64,000 nucleotides of DNA, from assembly GCA_050117845.1 (NCBI GenBank), contig JASFLY010000001.1, forward strand, positions 1-64,000, written 5' to 3'. Positions 37,291-46,831 of the stretch are shown here, in pieces (position 1 is the stretch's first letter; each line of letters begins with the position of its first letter). The notes below the pieces were generated by a model, which saw nothing but the letters and a program-made list of their open reading frames with translations, was not told the DNA's origin and ran no database searches. Made by a program: the position numbers and the translations under genes. This stretch comes from Candidatus Zixiibacteriota bacterium. Lineage in GTDB: Bacteria; RBG-13-66-14; B26-G2; WVWN01.

Positions 37291-38228
37291 AACTGCGATA
37301 ACGCGCCTTCGTCGATGGATATTTTAACGCCCTTCTTAACGCCCTCGATCCAACGGGCGTAAACCTCTTCCTCCCGGGCGCCGCGCAAACGGTTCTCTAT
37401 CTCGGTCCTCACTTCGGTGAGCGGTTTCCGCCGGGCGTCGCGGACGCCGACGACGCGAACTATTTCAAAACCGTATTGGGTCTCGATTATGCCGCTGGTT
37501 TCACCGGGCCGCATTTTTTCGACGGCCTCGGCCACTTCCGGCGGCAACGCGTCCAGCGTTGTATAACCGACGTCGCCCCCCGCGTGCCGGTCGGGCGACA
37601 CGGAGAGTTCCCGGGCGACCTCCTCGAAAGTGGTTCCGTATTCAAGTTTGGCGAGGGATTGTTCGGCCTTGGCCTTGTCGTCGGCTACTATTTGTTTAAT
37701 ATGGTATTCGGCCGGCCCCTCGAACTCGTCGCCGTGGACGTTGTAATAGGCGACGACGTCGTCGTAACTGACCGACACTTCCTCGACGACTGCAGCCTCG
37801 ATGGCGGCCTCTACTATTAAGTCGTCCCGGATGACTTCCCGGAACGACTCGGCGGTGAGACCCTGGGATTTCAGGTAGGACGCGAACCCTCGGGCGCCGT
37901 AATCGGCTTTTATTAACGCCACCCTCTCGGTCACGTCGGCTTCTTCCACTTCGACGTCGTTCCCGGCGGCCCAGGCGAGAATGGCCTCACGTTCGACCAG
38001 CTGGTCCACGACCCGCCGGGCCGTAGGGCCGTCGACCTTGGCGTTCTCGGGTTTGCCTTGGGGGTATAAGCTCCGGTATACGTCTTCTGCGGTTATCTCC
38101 CGGTCTCCGACGCGGGCGACCGATACCGATGCCGGGGCCTTTCCCTCGTCCGCCTTACGACAACCGGCGGCGGCCGCCATAAGGATAATGGCTACGGCCG
38201 CCGCTCCGTTCGCGATGACGCGTTTCAC
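37287..38228 (-). CDS. PrsA-like parvulin lipoprotein
   Basis: Lipobox AAGC; VARVGDREIT, FEEVARELS....GGDVG, IETQYGF. Confidence 0.85.
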   Translation of the reverse strand: MKRVIANGAAAVAIILMAAAAGCRKADEGKAPASVSVARVGDREITAEDVYRSLYPQGKPENAKVDGPTARRVVDQLVEREAILAWAAGNDVEVEEADVTERVALIKADYGARGFASYLKSQGLTAESFREVIRDDLIVEAAIEAAVVEEVSVSYDDVVAYYNVHGDEFEGPAEYHIKQIVADDKAKAEQSLAKLEYGTTFEEVARELSVSPDRHAGGDVGYTTLDALPPEVAEAVEKMRPGETSGIIETQYGFEIVRVVGVRDARRKPLTEVRTEIENRLRGAREEEVYARWIEGVKKGVKISIDEGALSQL

Positions 38229-40054
38229 TACAGCTTCTGCACCTTCTTGTAAGCCATTTTCAAAGCGCCTTCGTCGACCTCGATCTTGTGCTTCTTACGT
38301 AGTTCCTCGAACCAGGCCTGACACTTCCGGTCGACTTCGGGACTCGCCATTTTCTCCCGATACGCGCCGTCTTTGGCTTTCTCCGCCACGCCTTCTTCGT
38401 CCATCGTGTGCTGGACGAACGGATAGTATTCCCAATAATCGAAGAACGCCCACCGGCCGTCCTTGAGTTCGAACAACTCGCTTAGGTCGCCTTTCTTCGC
38501 TTTGAATACGACGGGCCGGATTTCTTCGAGTATCGGGTTCTCGCCGCCTTCGGGCGCCGTGGCGCCGGCCTCGGGCGCGGGCTCTTTAGTTACCGATAGT
38601 AATTGAGCTACGGGGATTTCCCCGGGGGCAGGTTGTTCTTCCGGCGCCCCCTCCTTCTGCATTTCTTCAACGAACGCCTGCAGGTACGGGTTGGAGGCTT
38701 CCGTGATATCCATGCCGGTCTGGGTTTTGGCCCTGACCTCTTCGGCCGTCTTTTTATCCGGGAAAGCCACCAGGAAAATTTCCGCGCGCTCCATCTCCTG
38801 GAACTCGTGCGGGTGGTTATCGAAATACTCCTTCACTTCGGCATCCGTAACTTCCGGGATGGTGGGAAGGAACACTTCCTCGTATATCCGGTCGACCATT
38901 TTACCGGCCCGGAAACGATTGATATCCCGTATGAAGTCGGGGTCTTTATCGACGCCGGTCTTAACGGCGTCGTATTCGAAGAGCGTGTCGTCCTGAAGAG
39001 CCTTGAGGCGGCTATCCATTACGTCCTTAAACGCCTCCGGTTCTCTTTTTTTGTACTCCTCGATCATGGCTTCATTCATGCTTAATTGGAGAAACATCCC
39101 CTCGTACCAACTATCGAAATATACGGGGATGTCGCCGACCTTCGAAATAATGGCGCCTTTGCGGTTATACTTCTCCTGGGCCTCCGCGATATTCCCTTTG
39201 ACAACCGCGTCGTATAGTTCCTGGTCGACCCAGATTTCCGCGTCCTTGCGGATCTCCGCGATATACTTGACCGTTTCCTGCTCAACCTTATATTGCTTAA
39301 TGGCATTCCGGATATTGTCTTTTACCTGGGCGTACTCCTCTTTCTGACCAGGGATCTTTTCGTCGACCCGGAACACGAAGTAAGCGTCGCCTTGCTCGGT
39401 CGCCGTGACCGGCGTATATTTACCGACCTCGGTCTCGTATACGGCGCGGCTCATGTTATCGCCGGAATAATAGAAATCGCTAGGGAGCTTGCCCCCGGTT
39501 TCCCGGTTCTCCTCGAAGTCAGAAAATTCCTTAACGACCTCGGCCCAAGGCTTCCCGGCTTCGAGCGCCGCGTAGGCCTTGTCGGCCTTCGCCTTGTCCT
39601 TACACATAAGGAAAGAGACCCGGCGCCACTCTTTATTCTTATTGTAATAATCGAGGATTTCGGCCTCGGTAATCTTAACCTTGTCCTCGATTTTCCGTCG
39701 GGTTCTCTCCCGTAAGAGACTCGAACGGTAGGTTTCGAGGTCCCTCTTTAGGTTCTCGTTGTCGCCGTAACCTAGACCCTCGGCCTCTACCTCCAGGACT
39801 CTACTCGTCGTAATGTCGTCGAGGAAGTCCTTGGCGTCGTCGAAGGTGTTAATTACCGGTTTATCCTGCGGCGGCGCCATTTCCACGGCGCGTTTGTAAT
39901 GGTAGACGAAATCGCCGACGGTTACGGACGGCTTCCCGTCGATAGTTACGATGACTTTATTCTCATCGTAACCGCATCCGCCGCAACCGCCCGTCGTCAA
40001 GCCGGCCCATATCACGGCGGCGCTTATCGCCAATAGGGGTAATGCTTTCCTCAT
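38228..40054 (-). CDS. Large double-parvulin foldase lipoprotein
   Basis: Signal ending GGCGGC; two ITEAEI.DYY/VTDAEV.EYF units; W.EVVKEFSD...GG; WFEELRKKHKI. Confidence 0.78.
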   Translation of the reverse strand: MRKALPLLAISAAVIWAGLTTGGCGGCGYDENKVIVTIDGKPSVTVGDFVYHYKRAVEMAPPQDKPVINTFDDAKDFLDDITTSRVLEVEAEGLGYGDNENLKRDLETYRSSLLRERTRRKIEDKVKITEAEILDYYNKNKEWRRVSFLMCKDKAKADKAYAALEAGKPWAEVVKEFSDFEENRETGGKLPSDFYYSGDNMSRAVYETEVGKYTPVTATEQGDAYFVFRVDEKIPGQKEEYAQVKDNIRNAIKQYKVEQETVKYIAEIRKDAEIWVDQELYDAVVKGNIAEAQEKYNRKGAIISKVGDIPVYFDSWYEGMFLQLSMNEAMIEEYKKREPEAFKDVMDSRLKALQDDTLFEYDAVKTGVDKDPDFIRDINRFRAGKMVDRIYEEVFLPTIPEVTDAEVKEYFDNHPHEFQEMERAEIFLVAFPDKKTAEEVRAKTQTGMDITEASNPYLQAFVEEMQKEGAPEEQPAPGEIPVAQLLSVTKEPAPEAGATAPEGGENPILEEIRPVVFKAKKGDLSELFELKDGRWAFFDYWEYYPFVQHTMDEEGVAEKAKDGAYREKMASPEVDRKCQAWFEELRKKHKIEVDEGALKMAYKKVQKL

Positions 40055-40130
40055 ATAGTCGCAGCCTCCGCGTTGATATACTCTGCCTATTTATATTCAT
40101 GCCCTCGGCCGGGCCGGGGGCGATTCGATT

Positions 40131-40205
40131 CGGGGCCGACGGGACTCGAACCCGCAACTTCCGGCGTGACAGGCCGGTGCTCTAACCATGTTGAACTACG
40201 ACCCC
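40131..40205 (-). tRNA. tRNA-Asp(GTC), CCA not encoded
   Basis: GGGGTCGTAGTTCAACATGGTTAGAGCACCGGCCTGTCACGCCGGAAGTTGCGGGTTCGAGTCCCGTCGGCCCCG folds as a cloverleaf. Confidence 0.97.
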
Positions 40206-40365
40206 ATTAAGGCCGCATTTATAACATAAACGCGCTATTTCTTCAAGGGCAAAGGGAAAAGCATCCGAATCCGGCCCGGCGGCCCCAACGGCCGGCCGGG
40301 CGAGGGAAGGGCGGCCGGACGGCCGCCTTTCTCGTTATGATACGGTAAATCCGGCAGCTACTTCT

Positions 40366-41868
40366 TTAGGACAACTCCTCCACGGCGCGGCTTATCCACG
40401 GGTCGGACTGGCGCCAGAATTTAAAGGCGGCCGCGTCGTTTTCCATTTCCCTGATTATTTCGCGCTGGAGTAAGTTCGAGACCTCCTCGTTCTCCGCCTC
40501 TATCGCGGCCCGGGAAAACTCCCGACCGTTATTGGGCAACGTGGCGGCGTATTCCTCCGGATAGAAATCGAAACCCCGCGCGTCGACCCAGCTAACGAAA
40601 TCCGCGATGGCCGAAGGATTGGAGCGGAACGTCTCGACCGCGTCGTCGCCGTATTCGTCGCAATACTCCTCGGCGTATATCCGAAAATAACCGAGGGCGT
40701 ATAGTTTCCCGATGACCAACGGCGTTTCTGCCGGCTCAAGGGTCACCCCCGGCTCGATACCCTTGCCGTCAATAAGCTGGCCTTCGGGGGTGTAGTAGTA
40801 CGCTATCGTTATTTTAAGGCCGGGGCCGGGGTCCGAATCGGCCGCGGACGACAACGGGATCAGCGTCTGTACGGATGCCTTGCCGTAGGTCTTCTCACCC
40901 ACAATGGTCGCCCGCTCGTGGTCGCGTAGCGCGCCGGTGAAAACCTCGGACGCCGAGGCCGACGACCCGTCCACCAGAAGGACCAGCGGCAGTTTCCCGA
41001 ATTTGGGTTCTTCCTTCACGATGTACTTGCGTTGCTCCCAACGGCCGGAACGGCCGTCGGTGTAGACGACCATGGAACCCTTCTTGAGGAATAAACTCGC
41101 CAACGCGACCGCCTCGTCCAGCGGGCCGCCGGGATTCCCCCGCAGATCGATTATCAGCTTCTCCATGCCGTCTTTCTCTAATTTCTCGATGGCCTTTTCG
41201 GCGTCGGAGGACGTGCTGCGTTCCTCATCGCGAGAGAAATTGGCCACACGCACATAACCGACGTCGTCGGAAGCCATGAAGGAATACGGGACCGAGTCGA
41301 TATGTATGGTCTTGCGCGTAATCGTGAAATCGAGCGCTTCGGCGTAACCCTTGCGCGCTATTTTAATGGTGACGTCGGTTCCGACCTCACCCCGCATTTT
41401 CAAAAGGGCTTCGCGCGTCGTTATCCCTTTGGTGGACTCGCCGTCGATTTCGATAATTTTATCGCGCGCGTGCAAGCCGGCCCTTTCGGCCGGCGTGCCC
41501 TCCAGTACGTTCATGACGGTGAGCGTGTCGTCCTCCGGCGTTACCGATATCTCTATCCCCAGGCCGCCGAACGATCCTTCCGTATCGTTCAATAACAACC
41601 GGAAGTCGTCGGCCTCCATAAATACGGTATGCTCGTCCAGCCCCGACAGCATCCCTCGAATGGCGTCGTGCACGAGCGTCTCGGCGTCGACGTCCTTCAC
41701 GTAACTCAAACGGACCAGATTAGCGACGGTGTCGAAGAGTTTGACTTCGCGTACGAAGTCCCGGGCGCTCTCTTGGGCCCACGCCTTCGAAAAAACCGCG
41801 GGTGACGCCAAAAAGGCCACCAATACGGCCACCGTATACCCCATCCGTACGATTTTCCCAAACTTCAT
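40366..41868 (-). CDS. ctpA: S41 carboxy-terminal processing protease (CtpA)
   Basis: FGGLGIEI PDZ, IIDLRGNPGG, SASASE, GEKTYGKASVQ, YYTPEG; start ATG 41868. Confidence 0.93.
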   Translation of the reverse strand: MKFGKIVRMGYTVAVLVAFLASPAVFSKAWAQESARDFVREVKLFDTVANLVRLSYVKDVDAETLVHDAIRGMLSGLDEHTVFMEADDFRLLLNDTEGSFGGLGIEISVTPEDDTLTVMNVLEGTPAERAGLHARDKIIEIDGESTKGITTREALLKMRGEVGTDVTIKIARKGYAEALDFTITRKTIHIDSVPYSFMASDDVGYVRVANFSRDEERSTSSDAEKAIEKLEKDGMEKLIIDLRGNPGGPLDEAVALASLFLKKGSMVVYTDGRSGRWEQRKYIVKEEPKFGKLPLVLLVDGSSASASEVFTGALRDHERATIVGEKTYGKASVQTLIPLSSAADSDPGPGLKITIAYYYTPEGQLIDGKGIEPGVTLEPAETPLVIGKLYALGYFRIYAEEYCDEYGDDAVETFRSNPSAIADFVSWVDARGFDFYPEEYAATLPNNGREFSRAAIEAENEEVSNLLQREIIREMENDAAAFKFWRQSDPWISRAVEELS

Positions 41869-41872
41869 AATC

Positions 41873-42544
41873 TCACGCTCCGTTAACGTCCCCCGGTTCG
41901 TCACCGGCGGCAATAGCGTCGAGGTCGATTTCGCCTCGGGCCAGGGCGGCCAGGGTCTCCGGGTAAAGTTCATGCTCCACATCCAGGACCCGTCGTTGGA
42001 GGGTTTCCGGGGTGTCGCCATCTTCAACCGGAAGCTCCCGCCGCGCCACTACCGGCCCGTGGTCGTACTCCTCGTCGACTAAATGTATCGTAACTCCGGT
42101 AACCTTATCACCGGCGGCCAATACCGACTCGTGAACGTGTATCCCGTATTTACCCCGGCCGCCGTGCGGCCCGGGGAGCAACGCGGGGTGGATATTTAAA
42201 ACCCGCCGGGGGAACGCCCGCAAAAACTCCGGCCCCCGTTTTTTCATATAGCCGGCCAAAACTACGACGTTGACGTCGTACTCGCGCAGGGCTTCCACGA
42301 AAGCCCGGTCGAGGTCTGCGTCATCCGGGTAACGCGCGTGGGAGAGGTGCCGGGTCGGGATGCCGTGGCGCCGGGCGCGATCCAGAGCCCCGGCCTTGGA
42401 GTTGTTGCTAATTACCACGGCGACGCACCCGTCGATGCGGCCGGCCTCGCACGCGTCGATTATCGCCTGCAGATTACTGCCGCCGCCGGACGCCAGCGCT
42501 CCAATACGCAAAGCGCCCCCGCAACCGTTTATTGTTTCACCCAT
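41873..42544 (-). CDS. purN: Phosphoribosylglycinamide formyltransferase
   Basis: SGGGSNLQAI, LAGYM, NIHPALLP, TGVTIHLVDEEYDHGP. Confidence 0.95.
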   Translation of the reverse strand: MGETINGCGGALRIGALASGGGSNLQAIIDACEAGRIDGCVAVVISNNSKAGALDRARRHGIPTRHLSHARYPDDADLDRAFVEALREYDVNVVVLAGYMKKRGPEFLRAFPRRVLNIHPALLPGPHGGRGKYGIHVHESVLAAGDKVTGVTIHLVDEEYDHGPVVARRELPVEDGDTPETLQRRVLDVEHELYPETLAALARGEIDLDAIAAGDEPGDVNGA

Positions 42545-43704
42545 ACTTCCGGATTTATAGCGAGGCCGTCCTGTCTGATCTCGAAATGCAGCGTGGGTTT
42601 GGCTACGTAGCCGGTCTCCCCGACCAGGCCCAACAATTGGCCTTCGCCAACCCTCTCGCCCACGCCCACCGAAAAACTGCCCAAATGGGCGTACAGCGAC
42701 GTACACCCCGAGCCGTGGTCGACTATAATCAGCTTGCCGTATCCCCGGAACCAGTCGGCGAAAACGACCTTTCCCTTCAATACCGACCGGATCTCGGATC
42801 CGATAGACGCCTCGATATCCATACCGTCGTTCTGCGTATATGTCCCGTAGCGGTCGTCCTTGATCCGGCCGTAACCGCGGACCAGACGGCCCTTGGTCGG
42901 ACTGATGATCTTGCCGTGGCGGACGAGCACTTCGGGGCCACGGCCGGGCGGCCTGTCCGGAACCGGCCTTCCCCCGCCTCCGGTCTTCGACCTCACCAAA
43001 GACTCGAGTTCGGCCTGCTCCTTCTTCAGTTGCCGCAGACGCTTCTTCAGAACGTCGGTCTGGCCCCGGGCGTTCGCGAGTATCTCCTGTTTGTGCTCGC
43101 GGCGCCGACGGGCCAAACGCATCTCCTCCAGCTTCAACTGCTGGAGCGATTTCAGGTAATCCAACTCGCGCTGGAGCGCGTCTCGGTCGCGTTGGATTTC
43201 CTCTCGTTTGCGTTCGGCCGCCCGGGCGAGCCGCCGGTCCTCCCGGGCCAAAGCCATCGTGAATCGGACGCGGCGGACGATGTCCCCCAATTCGTCGGCC
43301 CCTACCAACAAGCGGACCATAGGGTAACGCCCCATTTTATAGACCAAACGCAGGTGCCGGGCCAATTCGTCTTCCCGGGCCTCCAGGTCCCGCTCCGCCT
43401 CCGCCAGGTCGGCCTGTACCGCGGCCATCCGGCCGGAGGTCTCGGTTATCTCCGTTGACAACTCCGCCATTGTCTCGTCGATGCTCTCGAGTTTTTGGTC
43501 GAGCTCGTGGATCGACTCAAGAGACAAACTGACCTGGGACTCCGCGTCCCGGAGGTCGGCCTGGTGCCGCCGGATATCCTCTTTAATCTTCTCGAGTTTG
43601 GACGACCGGTCGGCGCCCAGCAACGCCACCGCCATTACCGCCACGGCCACGGGCAGGAAACGGCCGAACGCGGTTACAGATCTTTTTGGGTTTTTTCGAA
43701 TCAT
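42529..43704 (-). CDS. envC: EnvC-like murein hydrolase activator (coiled coil + degenerate M23)
   Basis: Long coiled coil; NDGMDI (no HxxxD His), GYGKLIIVDHG, SLYAH, LHFEIR. Confidence 0.85.
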   Translation of the reverse strand: MIRKNPKRSVTAFGRFLPVAVAVMAVALLGADRSSKLEKIKEDIRRHQADLRDAESQVSLSLESIHELDQKLESIDETMAELSTEITETSGRMAAVQADLAEAERDLEAREDELARHLRLVYKMGRYPMVRLLVGADELGDIVRRVRFTMALAREDRRLARAAERKREEIQRDRDALQRELDYLKSLQQLKLEEMRLARRRREHKQEILANARGQTDVLKKRLRQLKKEQAELESLVRSKTGGGGRPVPDRPPGRGPEVLVRHGKIISPTKGRLVRGYGRIKDDRYGTYTQNDGMDIEASIGSEIRSVLKGKVVFADWFRGYGKLIIVDHGSGCTSLYAHLGSFSVGVGERVGEGQLLGLVGETGYVAKPTLHFEIRQDGLAINPEVWVKQ

Positions 43705-43775
43705 TACTTGGACGGATTTACGCCGGATATCTTTTAACGCGGAATTGAGGCCCGGCCCGCGAGCCACCGGCCTCG

Positions 43776-45059
43776 CTATGAAGCGGTCCGGCGGGCGGCC
43801 TCGCACAACGGTTCGAAAACGCCCTCCGGGAGTTCCAGCGATTCGTACGTAAATCGGACGGGGACGTCCCACGAGTCGGCCCAAACCAACCATTCGCCGA
43901 TATTGGACGCCGCCATATCGAGCAGCAGGCCGGCGTCGCCCCCGGCCCGGCGCAAGGCCTTGGCCGTGGCCGCGGCGGGCGGGAAAAGCTCGGCCCCCAC
44001 CGACGCTATTACTTCACCGGCGAGTTGGCCGTTCCAATACTCGGCGAGTTGGTCGCGGGCGTCCTCGGGTCGGGCGGTAACCACCAGGGCGTCGCGGAAC
44101 TCGGGCGTCCCGGCCGCCCTCGCGACGATCTTCCCGTAGCAAAAAGACGCCTTATCGTTAACGGCCTTAACCTCGGCGTTCAGCCCCTCCAGCGCTTCCG
44201 CCGGCGGTTCGTCAGCGAAACCGGTTACTATGACGGCGTCGGCCCGGCGAAGCTGATACGCGAATGGGAAAACGCGCAACACTTCCGGCCCGGTCTTTAC
44301 GTTTACGAGGAAGCATAGGGCTCCGGCCGTCGCGGGCATGGCCCGCCCCGAACCCTCGACGACCGCCAGGTCCCCGCCGGCCTCGGCCGCGAAGACGAAA
44401 GCGTCCCCCAGAAGGGAGTTTAACGGTACACCCGTTAGGCCGGTACCGGCGAACGAACAACCCACGGCCGGGACGTTCGTCGCGGCCGCGAGCAGGTAAT
44501 GGTCACCGTCTATTCGGCGGCCGTCGCGGTGGAGCGACAACAGTCGTTCCGCGGTTAGCGGCGTGTCGGTATCCACGACTTCCGGGTAACAGGGGCCTCC
44601 GAGATCCAGGACGATGACCGCGACGTTCTTCCGCTCTTCCAACCGCCCGATAAAACTGACGATAGCGGCGGTCTTTCCCACCGCCGCGCCGGCGCCGATG
44701 AACGTTACCGTCGGGACGTCGGCCCCCTTTAGGGCCGGGGGCCACAGACGGAAGTCGGCTCCGTGCACCTCGTAACCCAATTGCAACGCTTCGTTCGCCC
44801 AAACGAAACGTTCCGTCAGATCCGATTCGGTAGCGTCCACGACGGCGCGCGCCGAAAAGGTCTCGGCGGCCCGGCGGACCGCCGCCGCCGCGTCCGCTTC
44901 GCTTACGAACGGGACTTCCAGCGTGAAACCCTCCGGCAACTCCTTGCCGATAAGCGCCGCCCCCACGATCCGGTAACGTTTTTCGACGATTAAATAATCG
45001 ATGACGGCCTGAATCGGGCCGGCGCCGAATTTGGCATCGCACAGGACGAACGCTTCCAT
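43776..45059 (-). CDS. Divergent cyclic 2,3-diphosphoglycerate synthetase-like protein
   Basis: GADFR, IG.G..VGKTA, GGP.YPE, LTAE.LL, DHY, VGC...G.G..G and EGSG..MP in the cDPGS order. Confidence 0.65.
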   Translation of the reverse strand: MEAFVLCDAKFGAGPIQAVIDYLIVEKRYRIVGAALIGKELPEGFTLEVPFVSEADAAAAVRRAAETFSARAVVDATESDLTERFVWANEALQLGYEVHGADFRLWPPALKGADVPTVTFIGAGAAVGKTAAIVSFIGRLEERKNVAVIVLDLGGPCYPEVVDTDTPLTAERLLSLHRDGRRIDGDHYLLAAATNVPAVGCSFAGTGLTGVPLNSLLGDAFVFAAEAGGDLAVVEGSGRAMPATAGALCFLVNVKTGPEVLRVFPFAYQLRRADAVIVTGFADEPPAEALEGLNAEVKAVNDKASFCYGKIVARAAGTPEFRDALVVTARPEDARDQLAEYWNGQLAGEVIASVGAELFPPAAATAKALRRAGGDAGLLLDMAASNIGEWLVWADSWDVPVRFTYESLELPEGVFEPLCEAARRTAS

Positions 45060-45067
45060 ATCCCGGC

Positions 45068-46222
45068 CTACGGCCGAGAAACCACCTCGCCTTCGATAAC
45101 GACGGCTTCCGGTTTCGCCAGGTCTTCAATGGGATGGCCGCTCCACACGACGACGTCGCCGTCGTACCCCGGCGCGATTTTTCCGAGCCGGCGGCCGAGG
45201 CCCAGGATCGCGGCGGCCTCGTCGGTCACGGCGCTCAGCGCCCCCTCGGGGGTCATTCCCTCGCGCACCGCGGCCGCGGCCGAAGTCGCCAGCGTGTCTA
45301 TAGGCACGAAGGGATGGTCGGTGGCCAGCGCGACCCGGCACCCGGCTTTCTCCAGTACCGCGGCCGTAGCGTAGGAACGCCGGCGCAGCTCCACTTTGAA
45401 ACGGGCGATAAGCATGGGGCCGACCACGCATGGGATTTTATGACTCGCCAGGAAACCCGCGATAAGATGCCCTTCAGTGCAATGGTCCGATACCATCTTG
45501 CAGTTGAACTCTTTTGCAATACGGACCGCGGTGCTGATGTCGTCGGCGCGATGGGCGTGGGCCCGAAGCGGGATCTTCCTCGCCAGTACCCGGACGAGAG
45601 TTTCCATCCGGATGTCCAGGTCCGGCCGCCGGGCCGCGGCCAACTTGCGTTTGCGCCGATACTCGGCCGCCTGGGTCAACGTTTCGCGCAGAACGGCCGC
45701 GGTACCCATCCGCGTTAAGGGCATCCGCTTGCTATCGGGGTGAGAGAATTTGGGGTTTTCGCCGAACGCGATTTTGAGGCCGCTCTCGGCGTCCACCACC
45801 ATCTCGTCGATTACGTTTCCGACCGTCTTTATCACGACGCCGGTGCCGCCGATTACGTTCGCGCTTCCGGGCAGGACACAGGCCGCCGTTATTCCCGCCC
45901 GCCGGGCGTCCTCGAAACCCAGGTCACAAGGGTCGATGCCGTCCAGCGCCCGGGCGTGAGGCGTTGCGGCTTCGGCGACTTCGTTGGCGTCGAATCCGGC
46001 GGGGCCTATGCCTTCGCCGAAATTCCCGAGGTGAGTATGGGCGTCGATGAAGCCGGCGGTTACGACGCGGCCGCGGGCCTCGATCAACTCGGCGCCGGCC
46101 GGCACCCGGACCTTCGGCCCTACCGCCGTTATCTTCCCGTTACGAATAACGACGTTACCAAGGGCGGGTTTGGCCCGTCCGGTACGGTAAAGCAACCCGC
46201 CCACGATTGCCAATGTTGCCAT
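45068..46222 (-). CDS. Amidohydrolase family protein
   Basis: GFIDAHTH, PGSANVIGG, KIAFGENPK, HAHRADDI, ATDHP, G.I.PG.DGD.VVW. Confidence 0.92.
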   Translation of the reverse strand: MATLAIVGGLLYRTGRAKPALGNVVIRNGKITAVGPKVRVPAGAELIEARGRVVTAGFIDAHTHLGNFGEGIGPAGFDANEVAEAATPHARALDGIDPCDLGFEDARRAGITAACVLPGSANVIGGTGVVIKTVGNVIDEMVVDAESGLKIAFGENPKFSHPDSKRMPLTRMGTAAVLRETLTQAAEYRRKRKLAAARRPDLDIRMETLVRVLARKIPLRAHAHRADDISTAVRIAKEFNCKMVSDHCTEGHLIAGFLASHKIPCVVGPMLIARFKVELRRRSYATAAVLEKAGCRVALATDHPFVPIDTLATSAAAAVREGMTPEGALSAVTDEAAAILGLGRRLGKIAPGYDGDVVVWSGHPIEDLAKPEAVVIEGEVVSRP

Positions 46223-46311
46223 TAATACCTCTTTTCGGTGAGTACTTACCTAAACTTAGCAAAAACCGCCGTACTTTTCAAATACAACCTACGTCCCGGG
46301 CGATAATTTCC

Positions 46312-46340
46312 TTGACATTACGTACGGCAATGAATATTAT
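46312..46340 (+). promoter_or_regulatory. sigma70 promoter of ssb
   Basis: TTGACA-17-TATTAT, followed by SD GGAGG. Confidence 0.75.
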
Positions 46341-46369
46341 GGTGTGCCATCTACACGAAGGGAGGAACT

Positions 46370-46768
46370 GTGGCGAATTTCAACCGTGTATATCTTTTAG
46401 GAAATCTTACGGCAGACCCGGATTCACGCGATTTACCGTCGGGTGGAATCGTAACGGACTTGCGTCTGGCCGTAAACCGCACCTATCGGAACCGTGATGG
46501 CGAGTTGACGGAAGAGGCGTCGTTTATTGACTGCACCGCTTACGGCCGTACCGCCGAGGTTGCCCGTGATTACCTTGCGAAAGGAAGGCCGGTCTTTCTG
46601 GAAGGGCGGCTTCATCAGGACCGATGGGAAACGAGCGGCGGCGATAAGCGCTCGAAGCTAAAAGTGGTCGTGGAAAGGTTGGTACTGCTTCCCCGCCGGG
46701 GCGACGGGCCTAGCGGCGGCGGGGCCGAATCGTCTTCAATGGAAGAACCGCCGGCTTCTGATTTCTAA
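46370..46768 (+). CDS. ssb: Single-stranded DNA-binding protein
   Basis: NRVYLLGNLTADP, LAVNR, YLAKGRPVFLEGRL..DRWE. Confidence 0.95.
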   Translation: MANFNRVYLLGNLTADPDSRDLPSGGIVTDLRLAVNRTYRNRDGELTEEASFIDCTAYGRTAEVARDYLAKGRPVFLEGRLHQDRWETSGGDKRSKLKVVVERLVLLPRRGDGPSGGGAESSSMEEPPASDF

Positions 46769-46786
46769 TCGCCGAAAAATCCCATT

Positions 46787-46815
46787 CGCCCGGCCTGAGC
46801 GCCGGGCGTTTTTTT
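46787..46815 (+). terminator. Terminator after ssb
   Basis: CGCCCGGC-ctgagc-GCCGGGCG-TTTTTTT; same stem as the lepB terminator. Confidence 0.8.
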
Positions 46816-46831
46816 ATCTCCGCCGCGCTGC

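Noticed and set aside
46730..46768. SSB tail EEPPASDF instead of DDIPF
   Set aside because: Still acidic with a terminal Phe; within normal variation.
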